A DNA stretch of 64,000 nucleotides. Origin: an uncultured Nitrosomonadaceae bacterium. GTDB taxonomy: Bacteria > Chloroflexota > Anaerolineae > Anaerolineales > UBA11858. Made by a program: the position numbers and the translations under genes. Each line of letters starts with the position of its first letter. Within the stretch, counting starts at the first letter, position 1. This document shows positions 8,566-16,342 of the stretch, piece after piece. The stretch spans positions 121-64,120 of the forward strand of contig CAXMRF010000003.1 of NCBI GenBank assembly GCA_964195965.1, written 5' to 3'. The notes beneath the pieces were generated by a model, which saw only the letters and a list, made by a program, of their open reading frames with translations, was not told where the DNA came from and made no database searches.

Positions 8566-9822
8566 ATGCTTATTCATTCTGCTTCACAAGTTCTGACAAT
8601 GGCAGGCGGTCCCCAGCGGGGAGAACGGTTAGGGGATCTGGGTTTAATCCCGGATGGTGCTGTCTTGTTTCAGTCAGGTCAGATTGTAGAGGCCGGGTCC
8701 TCTGTTGAACTGCTTAAAAAGTATCCAGGGGAAGATAAATGGGATGCAAAAGGCAAAGTTGTGATGCCTGGGTTTATCGATCCCCATACCCATACAATCT
8801 GGTCCGGAGATCGCTCAGGGGAATTTGAAAGCCGTTTGGCTGGAAAATCTTATCTGGAGATCCTGGAAGCAGGCGGCGGGATTCTTTCCACAGTTCGCGC
8901 AACCAGGGAAGCAACTATTCAGGAGTTGAAAGATCAGACACGTTCCCGGATCCAGAGCATGTTCGAACACGGCACTACCACACTGGAGATTAAATCTGGT
9001 TACGGATTGAATATTGAGACGGAACAGAAAATGCTTCAGGTATTGCTTGAGCTGGATGCTGAAGAAATGGCAGACATTGTGATTACCTACCTGGGTGCCC
9101 ATGCGGTGCCGCCTGAGTATGCTGGAAAGCCTGCTGAATACACGGATATACTTTGCCGGGAGTTTCTTCCTGCCCTGGCTGATTGGTGGCCAACCAGGAC
9201 AGAAAAACCTTTCCCTTATGTGGATGTGTTTTGTGAACGGGGCGCTTTTGATCTCCAGCAGAGCCGGCAAATTTTGAGTAAAGCAAAAGAACTTGGCTTC
9301 CCACTTAAAATTCATGCCGATGAATTTGAAAATTTGGGCGGAGCCAGCCTGGCAGTTGAATTGGGGGCTGCTTCGGCGGATCACCTGGTTGTCACCTCCA
9401 GGAAAGACATTCAAGCGTTGGGTAAATCAAACACGGTTGCGGTGGCTTTGCCGTGTACCCCCTTCGGTTTAGCTGAACCAGACTATACGCCAGCCGGGGA
9501 AATTCTGGCGGCTGATGGCCTCTTGGCAATTGCCACGGATATAAACCCAGGTACTGCCTGGTGCGAGAGTATGCAGTTTGCGGCAGCATTAGCTTGCAGG
9601 TATATGAAATTAACCCCCAATCAAGCCATAGCTGCAGCGACAATTAACGCTGCCGCAGCCATTGGACGGGATGATGTTGTTGGATCGCTTGAACCCGGGA
9701 AACAGGCTGACTTGATTGTTTTGGATATCCCGGATTACCGACATATAGGTTATCGTTTTGGTACCAACCTTGTGAAGACAGTGATTAAAAAAGGACATTT
9801 TATTATAGGAGAGGAGGTCTAG
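8566..9822 (+). CDS. hutI: imidazolonepropionase (amidohydrolase superfamily)
   Basis: 418 aa. GFIDPHTHTIWSGDRSGEFESRLAGKSYLEI...GGGILSTVRATR and HADEFENLGGASLAVELGAASADHL are HutI signatures. Confidence 0.8.
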   Translation: MLIHSASQVLTMAGGPQRGERLGDLGLIPDGAVLFQSGQIVEAGSSVELLKKYPGEDKWDAKGKVVMPGFIDPHTHTIWSGDRSGEFESRLAGKSYLEILEAGGGILSTVRATREATIQELKDQTRSRIQSMFEHGTTTLEIKSGYGLNIETEQKMLQVLLELDAEEMADIVITYLGAHAVPPEYAGKPAEYTDILCREFLPALADWWPTRTEKPFPYVDVFCERGAFDLQQSRQILSKAKELGFPLKIHADEFENLGGASLAVELGAASADHLVVTSRKDIQALGKSNTVAVALPCTPFGLAEPDYTPAGEILAADGLLAIATDINPGTAWCESMQFAAALACRYMKLTPNQAIAAATINAAAAIGRDDVVGSLEPGKQADLIVLDIPDYRHIGYRFGTNLVKTVIKKGHFIIGEEV

Positions 9823-10004
9823 TGGATTTTTTGGATAATTCACTTCTTGTTTGGATCGTAATAGCGGCGGTGGGTTTATTTGTTTTGCGCTTTATTCTTA
9901 AAGTCACAAAAAAAATTCTTACCCTGGGCATTATGATTTGCCTGGCTGTTGCAGTCTATCTGTTTATCACGCAATATCTATTCCCTGGTATTTCACTGCC
10001 TTAA
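9822..10004 (+). CDS. small two-helix membrane protein (hypothetical)
   Basis: 60 aa. GTG start overlaps the hutI stop and lies 5 nt after GAGGAGG (9810-9816). Two hydrophobic helices. Confidence 0.45.
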   Translation: MDFLDNSLLVWIVIAAVGLFVLRFILKVTKKILTLGIMICLAVAVYLFITQYLFPGISLP

Positions 10005-10048
10005 ATACAGGATTGTTCACACCCTTATTCACCCTGGAGAATTATTTC

Positions 10049-10678
10049 ATGCCAACAATTGAACAAGCCCGGGCGTTTTACCCGGAAGATGATCCTGTGC
10101 ATGGATTTTCACATGTACTGCGAGTTTATAGGCTGTGCGAAAAGATCGGAAAGGTAGAAGGCGCTCAGATCGAAATCCTCAGGGCAGCAGCGCTGCTTCA
10201 TGATGTTGAAGGGGATGTGGATGTTAGAGAACAGCATCATCTGGCAGCTGCCAATTTTGCTGAGAAAATTCTCAAGAAAGAAGGCTGGCAGGAAGAGGAT
10301 ATTCAAGCTGTGCTGCATTGTATCCGGGCCCATCGTTTTCGAAACAGAGATGAAGAACCGCAATCCCTGGAGGCAAAGATCCTTTTTGACGCTGACAAAA
10401 TTGATGCGATAGGCGCTGTGGGTGTAGCCCGGGCAGTAGCATATGCGGTGAGAGCCGGAATGGATGTATTTGCTCCGCCATCCGAACACTATCTTTCAAC
10501 CGGAGAATTAGCGCCAGGCGAATCTCAAACTGTGGCCCATGAATATTTATACAAACTCCGAAGAATTAAAGAACGATTGTATACAAAAACTGGCCGATCC
10601 CTGGCTTCAGAGCGGCATGACTTAATGGTGACCTTTTTTGATGGCTGGTTGGAAGAAATAGGGACGTATAAAGAGTAA
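10049..10678 (+). CDS. HD-domain metal-dependent phosphohydrolase
   Basis: Long ORF 9938-10678. The conserved part starts at MPTIEQARAF (ATG 10049). H...HD motif (HGFSHVLRV ... AALLHDV), then FDADKIDAIG. Confidence 0.75.
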   Translation: MPTIEQARAFYPEDDPVHGFSHVLRVYRLCEKIGKVEGAQIEILRAAALLHDVEGDVDVREQHHLAAANFAEKILKKEGWQEEDIQAVLHCIRAHRFRNRDEEPQSLEAKILFDADKIDAIGAVGVARAVAYAVRAGMDVFAPPSEHYLSTGELAPGESQTVAHEYLYKLRRIKERLYTKTGRSLASERHDLMVTFFDGWLEEIGTYKE

Positions 10679-10692
10679 ATCCCGGCCAGGGT

Positions 10693-11502
10693 TTATTTTT
10701 TCTGGAGCAGCTTCTGTAATTCTGCCAGGTCTACTCGTGAAGTAAGATCAAGGCTGAGAGGGGTAACTGCTACAACCTGCTCATTAACTACCGCGTGGGT
10801 ATCTGTCCCGGGCGGCGATTGATCCCAATCCGATGCAATCTTATAACCAAAATTATCTAAACCAGGTTCAGAATTTTCGTCCGGGCCGGTGGGTTCGTAA
10901 AACCGCTTGGTGGATAATCGGGTTGTTTGCCAGGGGGTTTCCGGCGTTGCCAGGGCGGGCACTTCCACTTTCAGAATCTGGACATCCGGGGGTAAACTTT
11001 TTTCCAGCAGCTGCCGGGAGAAGTGCTTTGTAAAATGCCCGGCGGTGGAGAAGTTAATTTCTTTTGAATAAGAGGTATGATATTTTGTTTCTGTTTCCAG
11101 GGAAATTGCCAGGGCGGGGATCCCGGCCGCAGCGCCTTCCAGGGCAGCTCCAACTGTACCGGAGATAGTCACCCCGGTGCCAACATTCAACCCGTAGTTG
11201 ATGCCAGAGACAATTAAATCGGGTTGACCGGGAATCAATGCAAAGATGCCATAAAGAACAGCCATTGCGGGTGTGCCTCCCAGGGCATGAACAGTCCATT
11301 CTTTCCCGTTCACCACCAGGGTTTCCTTATCTACTTGACCGTCAGCAGTGCTGGGAAAGCTGCGCCCGGTGCCGGATGATTGTTCCCGGGGAGCAATCAC
11401 AGTAACAAAACCCAGTTCATCCAGGGCTTCGGCTGCTGCCCATAAACCGGGACTTTGAATGCCATCGTCATTTGTCAGTAGAATTTGAGGTTCTGATTTC
11501 AT
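10693..11502 (-). CDS. surE: 5'/3'-nucleotidase SurE
   Basis: 269 aa. ILLTNDDGIQSPGL N-terminal signature and GINYGLNVG motif. Confidence 0.9.
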   Translation of the reverse strand: MKSEPQILLTNDDGIQSPGLWAAAEALDELGFVTVIAPREQSSGTGRSFPSTADGQVDKETLVVNGKEWTVHALGGTPAMAVLYGIFALIPGQPDLIVSGINYGLNVGTGVTISGTVGAALEGAAAGIPALAISLETETKYHTSYSKEINFSTAGHFTKHFSRQLLEKSLPPDVQILKVEVPALATPETPWQTTRLSTKRFYEPTGPDENSEPGLDNFGYKIASDWDQSPPGTDTHAVVNEQVVAVTPLSLDLTSRVDLAELQKLLQKK

Positions 11503-11520
11503 GAGTGCTTTTTCCTTATA

Positions 11521-11549
11521 AAAAAGAGCGGTTTTATCCGCTCATTTTT
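11521..11549 (-). terminator. short intrinsic terminator downstream of the tRNA cluster
   Basis: Stem gagcgg (11526-11531) / ccgctc (11538-11543), flanked by A5 on the left and T5 on the right. On the minus strand the hairpin is followed by ttttt. Confidence 0.55.
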
Positions 11550-11553
11550 GAGG

Positions 11554-11626
11554 CACCCTCGGCGTGATTCGAACACGCGACCCCTTACTCCGCAAGCAAG
11601 TGCTCTATCCACTGAGCTACGAGGGC
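11554..11626 (-). tRNA. tRNA-Arg (anticodon read as GCG)
   Basis: The reverse complement GCCCTCG-TA-GCTCAGTGGATAGAGC-A-CTTGC-TTGCGGA-GTAAG-GGGTC-GCGTG-TTCGAAT-CACGC-CGAGGGT-G folds as a 73-nt cloverleaf. The GTAGCTCAGTGGATAGAGC D-arm is Arg-like. G1:U72 wobble. CCA not encoded. Confidence 0.8.
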
Positions 11627-11635
11627 ATATTACTA

Positions 11636-11728
11636 TGGCGGGGAGGGTGGGATTCGAACCCACGGTCGAGCTTTAAACCCGACAACCGCTTAGCAGGCGG
11701 CCCCAATCAGCCACTCTGGCACCTCCCC
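11636..11728 (-). tRNA. tRNA-Ser (GCT)
   Basis: GGGGAGG-TG-CCAGAGTGGCTGATTGG-G-GCCGC-CTGCTAA-GCGGT, then a long variable arm, then GTGGG-TTCGAAT-CCCAC-CCTCCCC-G-CCA. 93 nt; CCA encoded. Confidence 0.9.
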
Positions 11729-11743
11729 GGGGAGATATGTGAA

Positions 11744-11832
<89 letters not shown>

Positions 11833-11858
11833 CTGTTAATCGTTCTCCGAGCGGAGAA

Positions 11859-11887
11859 ATTTTACCATAGCTGAGTAGGGTAAGCAA
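11859..11887 (-). promoter_or_regulatory. candidate promoter of the tRNA-Ser/Ser/Arg operon
   Basis: Minus strand reads TTGCTT - 17 nt - TGgTAAAAT (extended -10), about 25 nt upstream of the first tRNA. Confidence 0.5.
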
Positions 11888-11910
11888 TGCAATAACCCCT
11901 CCTTTTCCCC

Positions 11911-11939
11911 TTGACTGAACCTATACTGCACGCTACAAT
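11911..11939 (+). promoter_or_regulatory. near-consensus sigma-70-type promoter upstream of ffh
   Basis: TTGACT (11911-11916) - 17 nt - TACAAT (11934-11939). Divergent from the tRNA promoter. Confidence 0.65.
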
Positions 11940-11947
11940 GCTTGTCC

Positions 11948-11988
11948 GCGGATGGCTCCGTTTTCGGTCCTGTCATCCGCTGTTTTTT
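11948..11988 (+). promoter_or_regulatory. terminator-like hairpin plus U-tract in the ffh 5' leader
   Basis: Stem gcggatggc (11948-11956) / gtcatccgc (11972-11980, one G:U). The loop contains ccg-tttt-cgg. It is followed by tgtttttt and lies between the promoter and the ffh ATG (12014). Confidence 0.5.
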
Positions 11989-12013
11989 ATGGTACAGGAA
12001 CTAGAACACGCTT

Positions 12014-13333
12014 ATGTTTGAGCAACTAACCAATCGCCTGGATGAAATATTCCATTCTCTGCGCCGTCGGGGAAAACTTTCAGAAAATGACGTTGATATC
12101 GCCATGCGGGAAATCCGCCTGGCACTGCTGGAAGCCGATGTCCATTATGGCGTCGTCCGGGAATTTGTTTCCCGGGTAAAAGAGCGAGCGGTTGGGCAGG
12201 AGGTTTCCAAAGCAATCAATCCTGGACAGCAGGTAGTGAAAATTGTCCATGAGGAATTGATTGAAACCCTGGGAGAACCAGCAACTCTCAAAAAATCACC
12301 AGACTCCCCCTTGGTGATTTTACTGGCTGGTTTACAAGGTTCTGGAAAAACCACCGCGGCCGGAAAACTTGGTCGACTCTTAAAGAAGCGTGGAGAACAG
12401 GTATTGCTGGTTGCAGCCGATCCCTACCGGCCGGCAGCCGTGGATCAACTGCAAACATTGGGTAAAGAATTAACAATCCCGGTTTTTGCAGATCCAACTT
12501 TAAAACCGCCCCAACTGGCGAAAAAAGCTCTTCAAGAGGCTGTCCGTTTAAACAGCACCGTAATAATTTTGGACACGGCTGGACGGTCCCAGATTGATGA
12601 AAGCTTAATGGAAGAGCTTGGCGCTGTGCAAATGGCTGCCAAGCCGGATGAAATCCTGCTGGTTGTGGACGCAATGACAGGTCAGGAAGCGGTTAATATT
12701 GCCGAGGGATTTCGTGATGCCGTCCCTATTACTGGCTTGATCATGAGTAAAATGGACGGGGATGCCCGTGGTGGCTCCGCCATTTCGATCCGTTCAGTGA
12801 TTGGTGTGCCAATCAAGTTTCTGGGAACCGGTGAAAGCCTGGATGCCCTGGAAACGTATGACCCCTCTCGATTGGCGTCCAGGATCCTGGGAATGGGAGA
12901 TGTGATCGGTTTAATTGAACGAGCAGAAGAAACCTTTGATCTGGAAACTGCTCAGCAACAGACCGAACGCTTATTATCCGGAGAATTTACTCTGGAGGAT
13001 TTTTCCCAACAGATTTCTCAGGTCATGAAAATGGGATCAATTGGCAAATTGATGGGTATGCTTCCGGGAGAATTTGGTAAAATGTCTCAATCCATTGATC
13101 CTCAGGTAGCTGAGAAGCAGGTTCTCACCAGCCAGGCAATTATTTACTCGATGACGGCTGCAGAAAGACAGAACCCGAAAATCCTCAATGCCAGCCGGAG
13201 GAAACGCATCGCAGCCGGGTCCGGTACCCAGGTTTATAATGTAAATCAATTGGTAAAACAGTACCGGGATGCAAAAAGGATGTTCAAAGAGCTTAAGAAA
13301 TCAGGGTTAGGTAACCTTCCTCGATTTTCTTAA
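12014..13333 (+). CDS. ffh: signal recognition particle protein Ffh
   Basis: 439 aa. GLQGSGKTTAAGKL P-loop, DTAGR, SKMDGDARGG, and a Met-rich M domain. Confidence 0.95.
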   Translation: MFEQLTNRLDEIFHSLRRRGKLSENDVDIAMREIRLALLEADVHYGVVREFVSRVKERAVGQEVSKAINPGQQVVKIVHEELIETLGEPATLKKSPDSPLVILLAGLQGSGKTTAAGKLGRLLKKRGEQVLLVAADPYRPAAVDQLQTLGKELTIPVFADPTLKPPQLAKKALQEAVRLNSTVIILDTAGRSQIDESLMEELGAVQMAAKPDEILLVVDAMTGQEAVNIAEGFRDAVPITGLIMSKMDGDARGGSAISIRSVIGVPIKFLGTGESLDALETYDPSRLASRILGMGDVIGLIERAEETFDLETAQQQTERLLSGEFTLEDFSQQISQVMKMGSIGKLMGMLPGEFGKMSQSIDPQVAEKQVLTSQAIIYSMTAAERQNPKILNASRRKRIAAGSGTQVYNVNQLVKQYRDAKRMFKELKKSGLGNLPRFS

Positions 13334-13419
13334 CAAGTTAAGTTATGGTGTATAATAGTCTCCGCTGTGGGTTTGCCCCAGCAGAATGATGCAGGAGAAA
13401 AAATTAAGGAGTACAAGTT

Positions 13420-14178
13420 ATGGTTCGAATTAGATTACGCCGTGCTGGAGGAAAAGGACAGCCCACTCATCGTATTGTGGCTGCTCATAGAGAAAGCCCC
13501 CGTGATGGCAGATTCATAGAGATACTGGGTGATTATAATCCCAGGACTGAACCCGCCACGATCCGGGTAAAAGATGATCGTGTGTTTTACTGGCTGAGCG
13601 TTGGCGCGCAGCCATCCGATTCCGTGCTGCAGATTTTCCGCACCATCGGTTTAATGGAACGGTATCAGCGATTTAAAGATGGCGAAGATCTGGAAACCCT
13701 GGTTGCTGAAGGGAAGCAAGTTGAGCTGGATCGCAATGTTGATCCACGGACTCGACGGGATGACCTGATCAAGGCATCCAAACCTAAGAAAGTTGAGGAA
13801 CCGGTAGTAGAGGAAACTCCTGAAGCTGAAACCGAGGAAGCAGAAGAACCCGTTGTGGAAGAATCTGCTGCTGAAGTTGTAGAGCCAGAGGTTGAGCCAG
13901 AGGTTGAGCCAGAGGTTGAGCCAGAGGTTGAGCCAGAACCTGAGCCAGAACCTGAGCCAGAACCCGAGCCAGAGCCTGAGCCAGAACCCGAGCCAGAGCC
14001 TGAGCCAGACCTGGACAAAAAAGAAGAGCCAGAGCCAGAAACGGAAGCAGAGATCAAAATTACCGCTGCAGCCAAGAAATTGGCCGAAGACGCAGGTATT
14101 GATATCGCTGCTATAAAAGGCACTGGTAAAGACGGCGCGATCTTAAAATCTGATATCACCAAGTTAATCAAAGATTAA
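13420..14178 (+). CDS. rpsP: 30S ribosomal protein S16 with C-terminal acidic (PE)n linker and peripheral-subunit-binding-like domain
   Basis: Residues 1-~85, [22 protein letters not shown]...DYNP...[10 protein letters not shown], are S16. Residues ~125-205 are E/P/V-rich repeats. The last ~40 aa, [37 protein letters not shown], match the E3_binding/PSBD pattern of 2-oxoacid dehydrogenase E2 chains. Confidence 0.9.
   Translation: MVRIRLRRAGGKGQPTHRIVAAHRESPRDGRFIEILGDYNPRTEPATIRVKDDRVFYWLSVGAQPSDSVLQIFRTIGLMERYQRFKDGEDLETLVAEGKQVELDRNVDPRTRRDDLIKASKPKKVEEPVVEETPEAETEEAEEPVVEESAAEVVEPEVEPEVEPEVEPEVEPEPEPEPEPEPEPEPEPEPEPEPEPDLDKKEEPEPETEAEIKITAAAKKLAEDAGIDIAAIKGTGKDGAILKSDITKLIKD
13882..14013 (+). 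repeat. in-frame 12-bp tandem repeat (11 units), coding for EPEV/EPEP
   Basis: gagccagaggtt x4, then gagccagaacct / gagccagaaccc / gagccagagcct variants x7. Read directly. Confidence 0.95.
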
Positions 14179-14228
14179 CTGGATAACAACCGCTAAGGTT
14201 CCTTCAGATAAATTTTGCGGAGGAAACA

Positions 14229-14465
14229 TTGATTGATTTAATCACCTATATTGCGCGTTCACTTGTTGAGGATCCCACGCAAGTTAAAGTGACCCACCAG
14301 CGAGGCCGGGACAGTATCAATTTCCAATTAGAAGTGGCCCAGGAAGATATGGGTCGGGTTATTGGTAAAAATGGCCGGGTAGCTAATGCTATCCGTACTC
14401 TATTGAATGTGCCAGCCTCCAGTATCGGCAAAAAAGTTAATCTGGATATTGTTGAACCACGATGA
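14229..14465 (+). CDS. KH-domain RNA-binding protein (YlqC/UPF0109 family)
   Basis: 78 aa. MGRVIGKNGRVANAIRTLL is a KH GxxG motif. It holds the conserved position between rpsP and rimM. TTG start after GGAGGA. Confidence 0.85.
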   Translation: MIDLITYIARSLVEDPTQVKVTHQRGRDSINFQLEVAQEDMGRVIGKNGRVANAIRTLLNVPASSIGKKVNLDIVEPR

Positions 14466-15019
14466 AATCTGATCAGAATGAAAATACCAGCACAGGTTCG
14501 TCCCACGTGGAGGAACCTGTGTTTGTTATTATAGGGAAGTTTAGACGTCCCCACGGAATTCGGGGGGAAATTCGAATGACTGTTTTAGCAGATTTCCCGG
14601 ATTTGATTTCACCCGGAAAAACCATCTTTACCGGTGACCAACACCAGGCTTATACCATCACTGGTATTCGCTGGCATGGTGCAGATATGCTGGTATCTCT
14701 GAAAGAATTACCGGATCGTACTGCTGTAGAAATATTCCGGAACATTATGGTATATATGAAGAGCAAGGACATGCCGGAGTTGCCAGAAGGGGAGTTTTAT
14801 ACTCACCAGCTAGTGGGTCTGGAAGTCATCACAGATCAGGGGGAAAATCTGGGCAGACTCAAAGAGATCATTATTACCGGTGCAAATGACGTGTATTTGG
14901 TGGAATCACCCACTGGCAAAGAAGTTTTACTGCCCGCGATTGATGATGTGGTGCTGGACATTAATTATGAAGATAGCATCATGCTGGTTCACATCATATC
15001 GGGATTATTAGATTACTAG
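14462..15019 (+). CDS. rimM: 16S rRNA processing protein RimM
   Basis: 185 aa. IGKFRRPHGIRGEIRM and a PRC-barrel C-terminus. 4-bp overlap with the KH gene. trmD and rplS do not follow. Confidence 0.88.
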   Translation: MKSDQNENTSTGSSHVEEPVFVIIGKFRRPHGIRGEIRMTVLADFPDLISPGKTIFTGDQHQAYTITGIRWHGADMLVSLKELPDRTAVEIFRNIMVYMKSKDMPELPEGEFYTHQLVGLEVITDQGENLGRLKEIIITGANDVYLVESPTGKEVLLPAIDDVVLDINYEDSIMLVHIISGLLDY

Positions 15020-15123
15020 ATTTTCTGTTCCGGGGGAAAAATAAATAAAAAAATCACATCTGTTTTGGTCTGAATAGCAGCATCAATTAAGGTGGAGGGT
15101 TTAACCTCACCTGAAAATCTCTC

Positions 15124-15153
15124 TTGACACCGATCAAAAAATTATGGTATTCT
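15124..15153 (+). promoter_or_regulatory. promoter upstream of dprA
   Basis: TTGACA (15124-15129) - 18 nt - TGgTATTCT (extended -10, hexamer 15148-15153). Confidence 0.55.
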
Positions 15154-15155
15154 TT

Positions 15156-15187
15156 GCCCGACTTGGGTTGAAGAGGTCAAGTCGGGC
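15156..15187 (+). promoter_or_regulatory. 5'-terminal stem-loop of the dprA leader
   Basis: gcccgacttg (15156-15165) / caagtcgggc (15178-15187), a 10-bp perfect stem with a 12-nt loop. It starts right after the -10 element. Confidence 0.45.
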
Positions 15188-15204
15188 TACCATGGGGGCT
15201 ATTA

Positions 15205-16341
15205 ATGAATGAATATACCAAGTACTGGGTTGGGTTTAACCTGGTAAAAGGAATTGGTCCGGTTCGCCTGGAAAGACTTTTACATTTTTTTGGGGATATC
15301 CAGTCTGCCTGGAATGCACGAAACTATCAATTGGCAGCAGCGGGATTAAATGATAAGTTAGTTCAGCAAATGGTTCAAGTTCGGAATCAAACCAACCTGG
15401 AAGAATTGGTGGAAAGAATCCGGGAAGCTGATATACAAATCCTGACCTGGGATAATCCTCACTATCCTGAGCGTTTGCGCCAGATCAACCAGTCCCCGTT
15501 TATGCTCTATTTAAAAGGGGACTTGATTTCAGAAGACATTTGGTCGGTAGCCATAGTAGGCACCCGGCGGTTTAGTGCCTATGGCCGGCAAATTACTGAA
15601 AATATTACCCGGGTGCTGGCAGGGCACGGCATCACTGTGGTCAGTGGATTAGCCCGAGGAATCGATGGGATTGCCCATCAACAAGCTTTGGAGGCAGGAG
15701 GCAGAACCATCGCAGTTCTGGGAAGCGGCATAGATCAAATCTATCCACCAGAACACCGCCAACTGGCGGACCAAATAATTCAGCGGGGCGCCCTGGTTAG
15801 TGATTATCCATTTGGAACTCCACCCGATGGATCAAATTTCCCGCCCAGGAACCGGATCATATCGGGTTTGTCAAAAGCTACCCTGGTGATTGAAGCGGGT
15901 CGAAAAAGCGGCGCATTGATTACCGCCAACTATGCGGCTGAACAGGGAAAGGATGTTTTTGCTGTACCGGGAAAAATTACCGCCCCGACGAGCAAAGGCA
16001 CCAATTTGTTGATAAAACAAGGTGCTCATCCCCTGCTTGCTCCCCAGGATGTATTGGATCTGCTGAATATGAGTTTGATTGTAGAGCAACGGGTAGTTCG
16101 GAAAAGTCTGCCCAGTGATCCAAAGGAAGCTGTTTTATATCAAGCGGTTGGAGATGAACCTCTTCATGTAGATGAACTTTGTTCTTTGGTAAGTTTACCG
16201 ATTGAAGAAATCACAGCGACTCTGGCTTTGATGGAGTTAAAAGGAATGGTTCGAAAGACTTTTGGTATGAAATATGTTGCAGTGCAGGATATGATGATAG
16301 ACTATCGTATCGATGAGGGTCAGGACTTGAAAGGGAGATAA
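15205..16341 (+). CDS. dprA: DNA processing protein DprA
   Basis: 378 aa. VSGLARGIDGIAHQQALEAGGRTIAVLGSGIDQIYPPEH and FPPRNRIISGLS. Confidence 0.9.
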   Translation: MNEYTKYWVGFNLVKGIGPVRLERLLHFFGDIQSAWNARNYQLAAAGLNDKLVQQMVQVRNQTNLEELVERIREADIQILTWDNPHYPERLRQINQSPFMLYLKGDLISEDIWSVAIVGTRRFSAYGRQITENITRVLAGHGITVVSGLARGIDGIAHQQALEAGGRTIAVLGSGIDQIYPPEHRQLADQIIQRGALVSDYPFGTPPDGSNFPPRNRIISGLSKATLVIEAGRKSGALITANYAAEQGKDVFAVPGKITAPTSKGTNLLIKQGAHPLLAPQDVLDLLNMSLIVEQRVVRKSLPSDPKEAVLYQAVGDEPLHVDELCSLVSLPIEEITATLALMELKGMVRKTFGMKYVAVQDMMIDYRIDEGQDLKGR

Positions 16342-16342
16342 C

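Noticed and set aside
8815-9414. 199-aa minus-strand ORF
   Set aside because: It is antisense inside hutI, whose frame carries the amidohydrolase signatures. It is a typical long shadow ORF.
13882-14013. Possible CRISPR-like or minisatellite array
   Set aside because: The units are 12 bp with no spacers, are in frame, and encode the PE linker. No cas genes are present. It is a coding tandem repeat, not a CRISPR array.
13665-14171. 168-aa minus-strand ORF rich in GSGSGS, and the 74-aa +2-frame ORF (13892-14116) with SQRLSQ/SQNLSQ repeats
   Set aside because: These are shadow frames of the 12-bp tandem repeat inside rpsP. The S16 frame has the ribosomal N-terminus, an RBS and a recognisable C-terminal domain.
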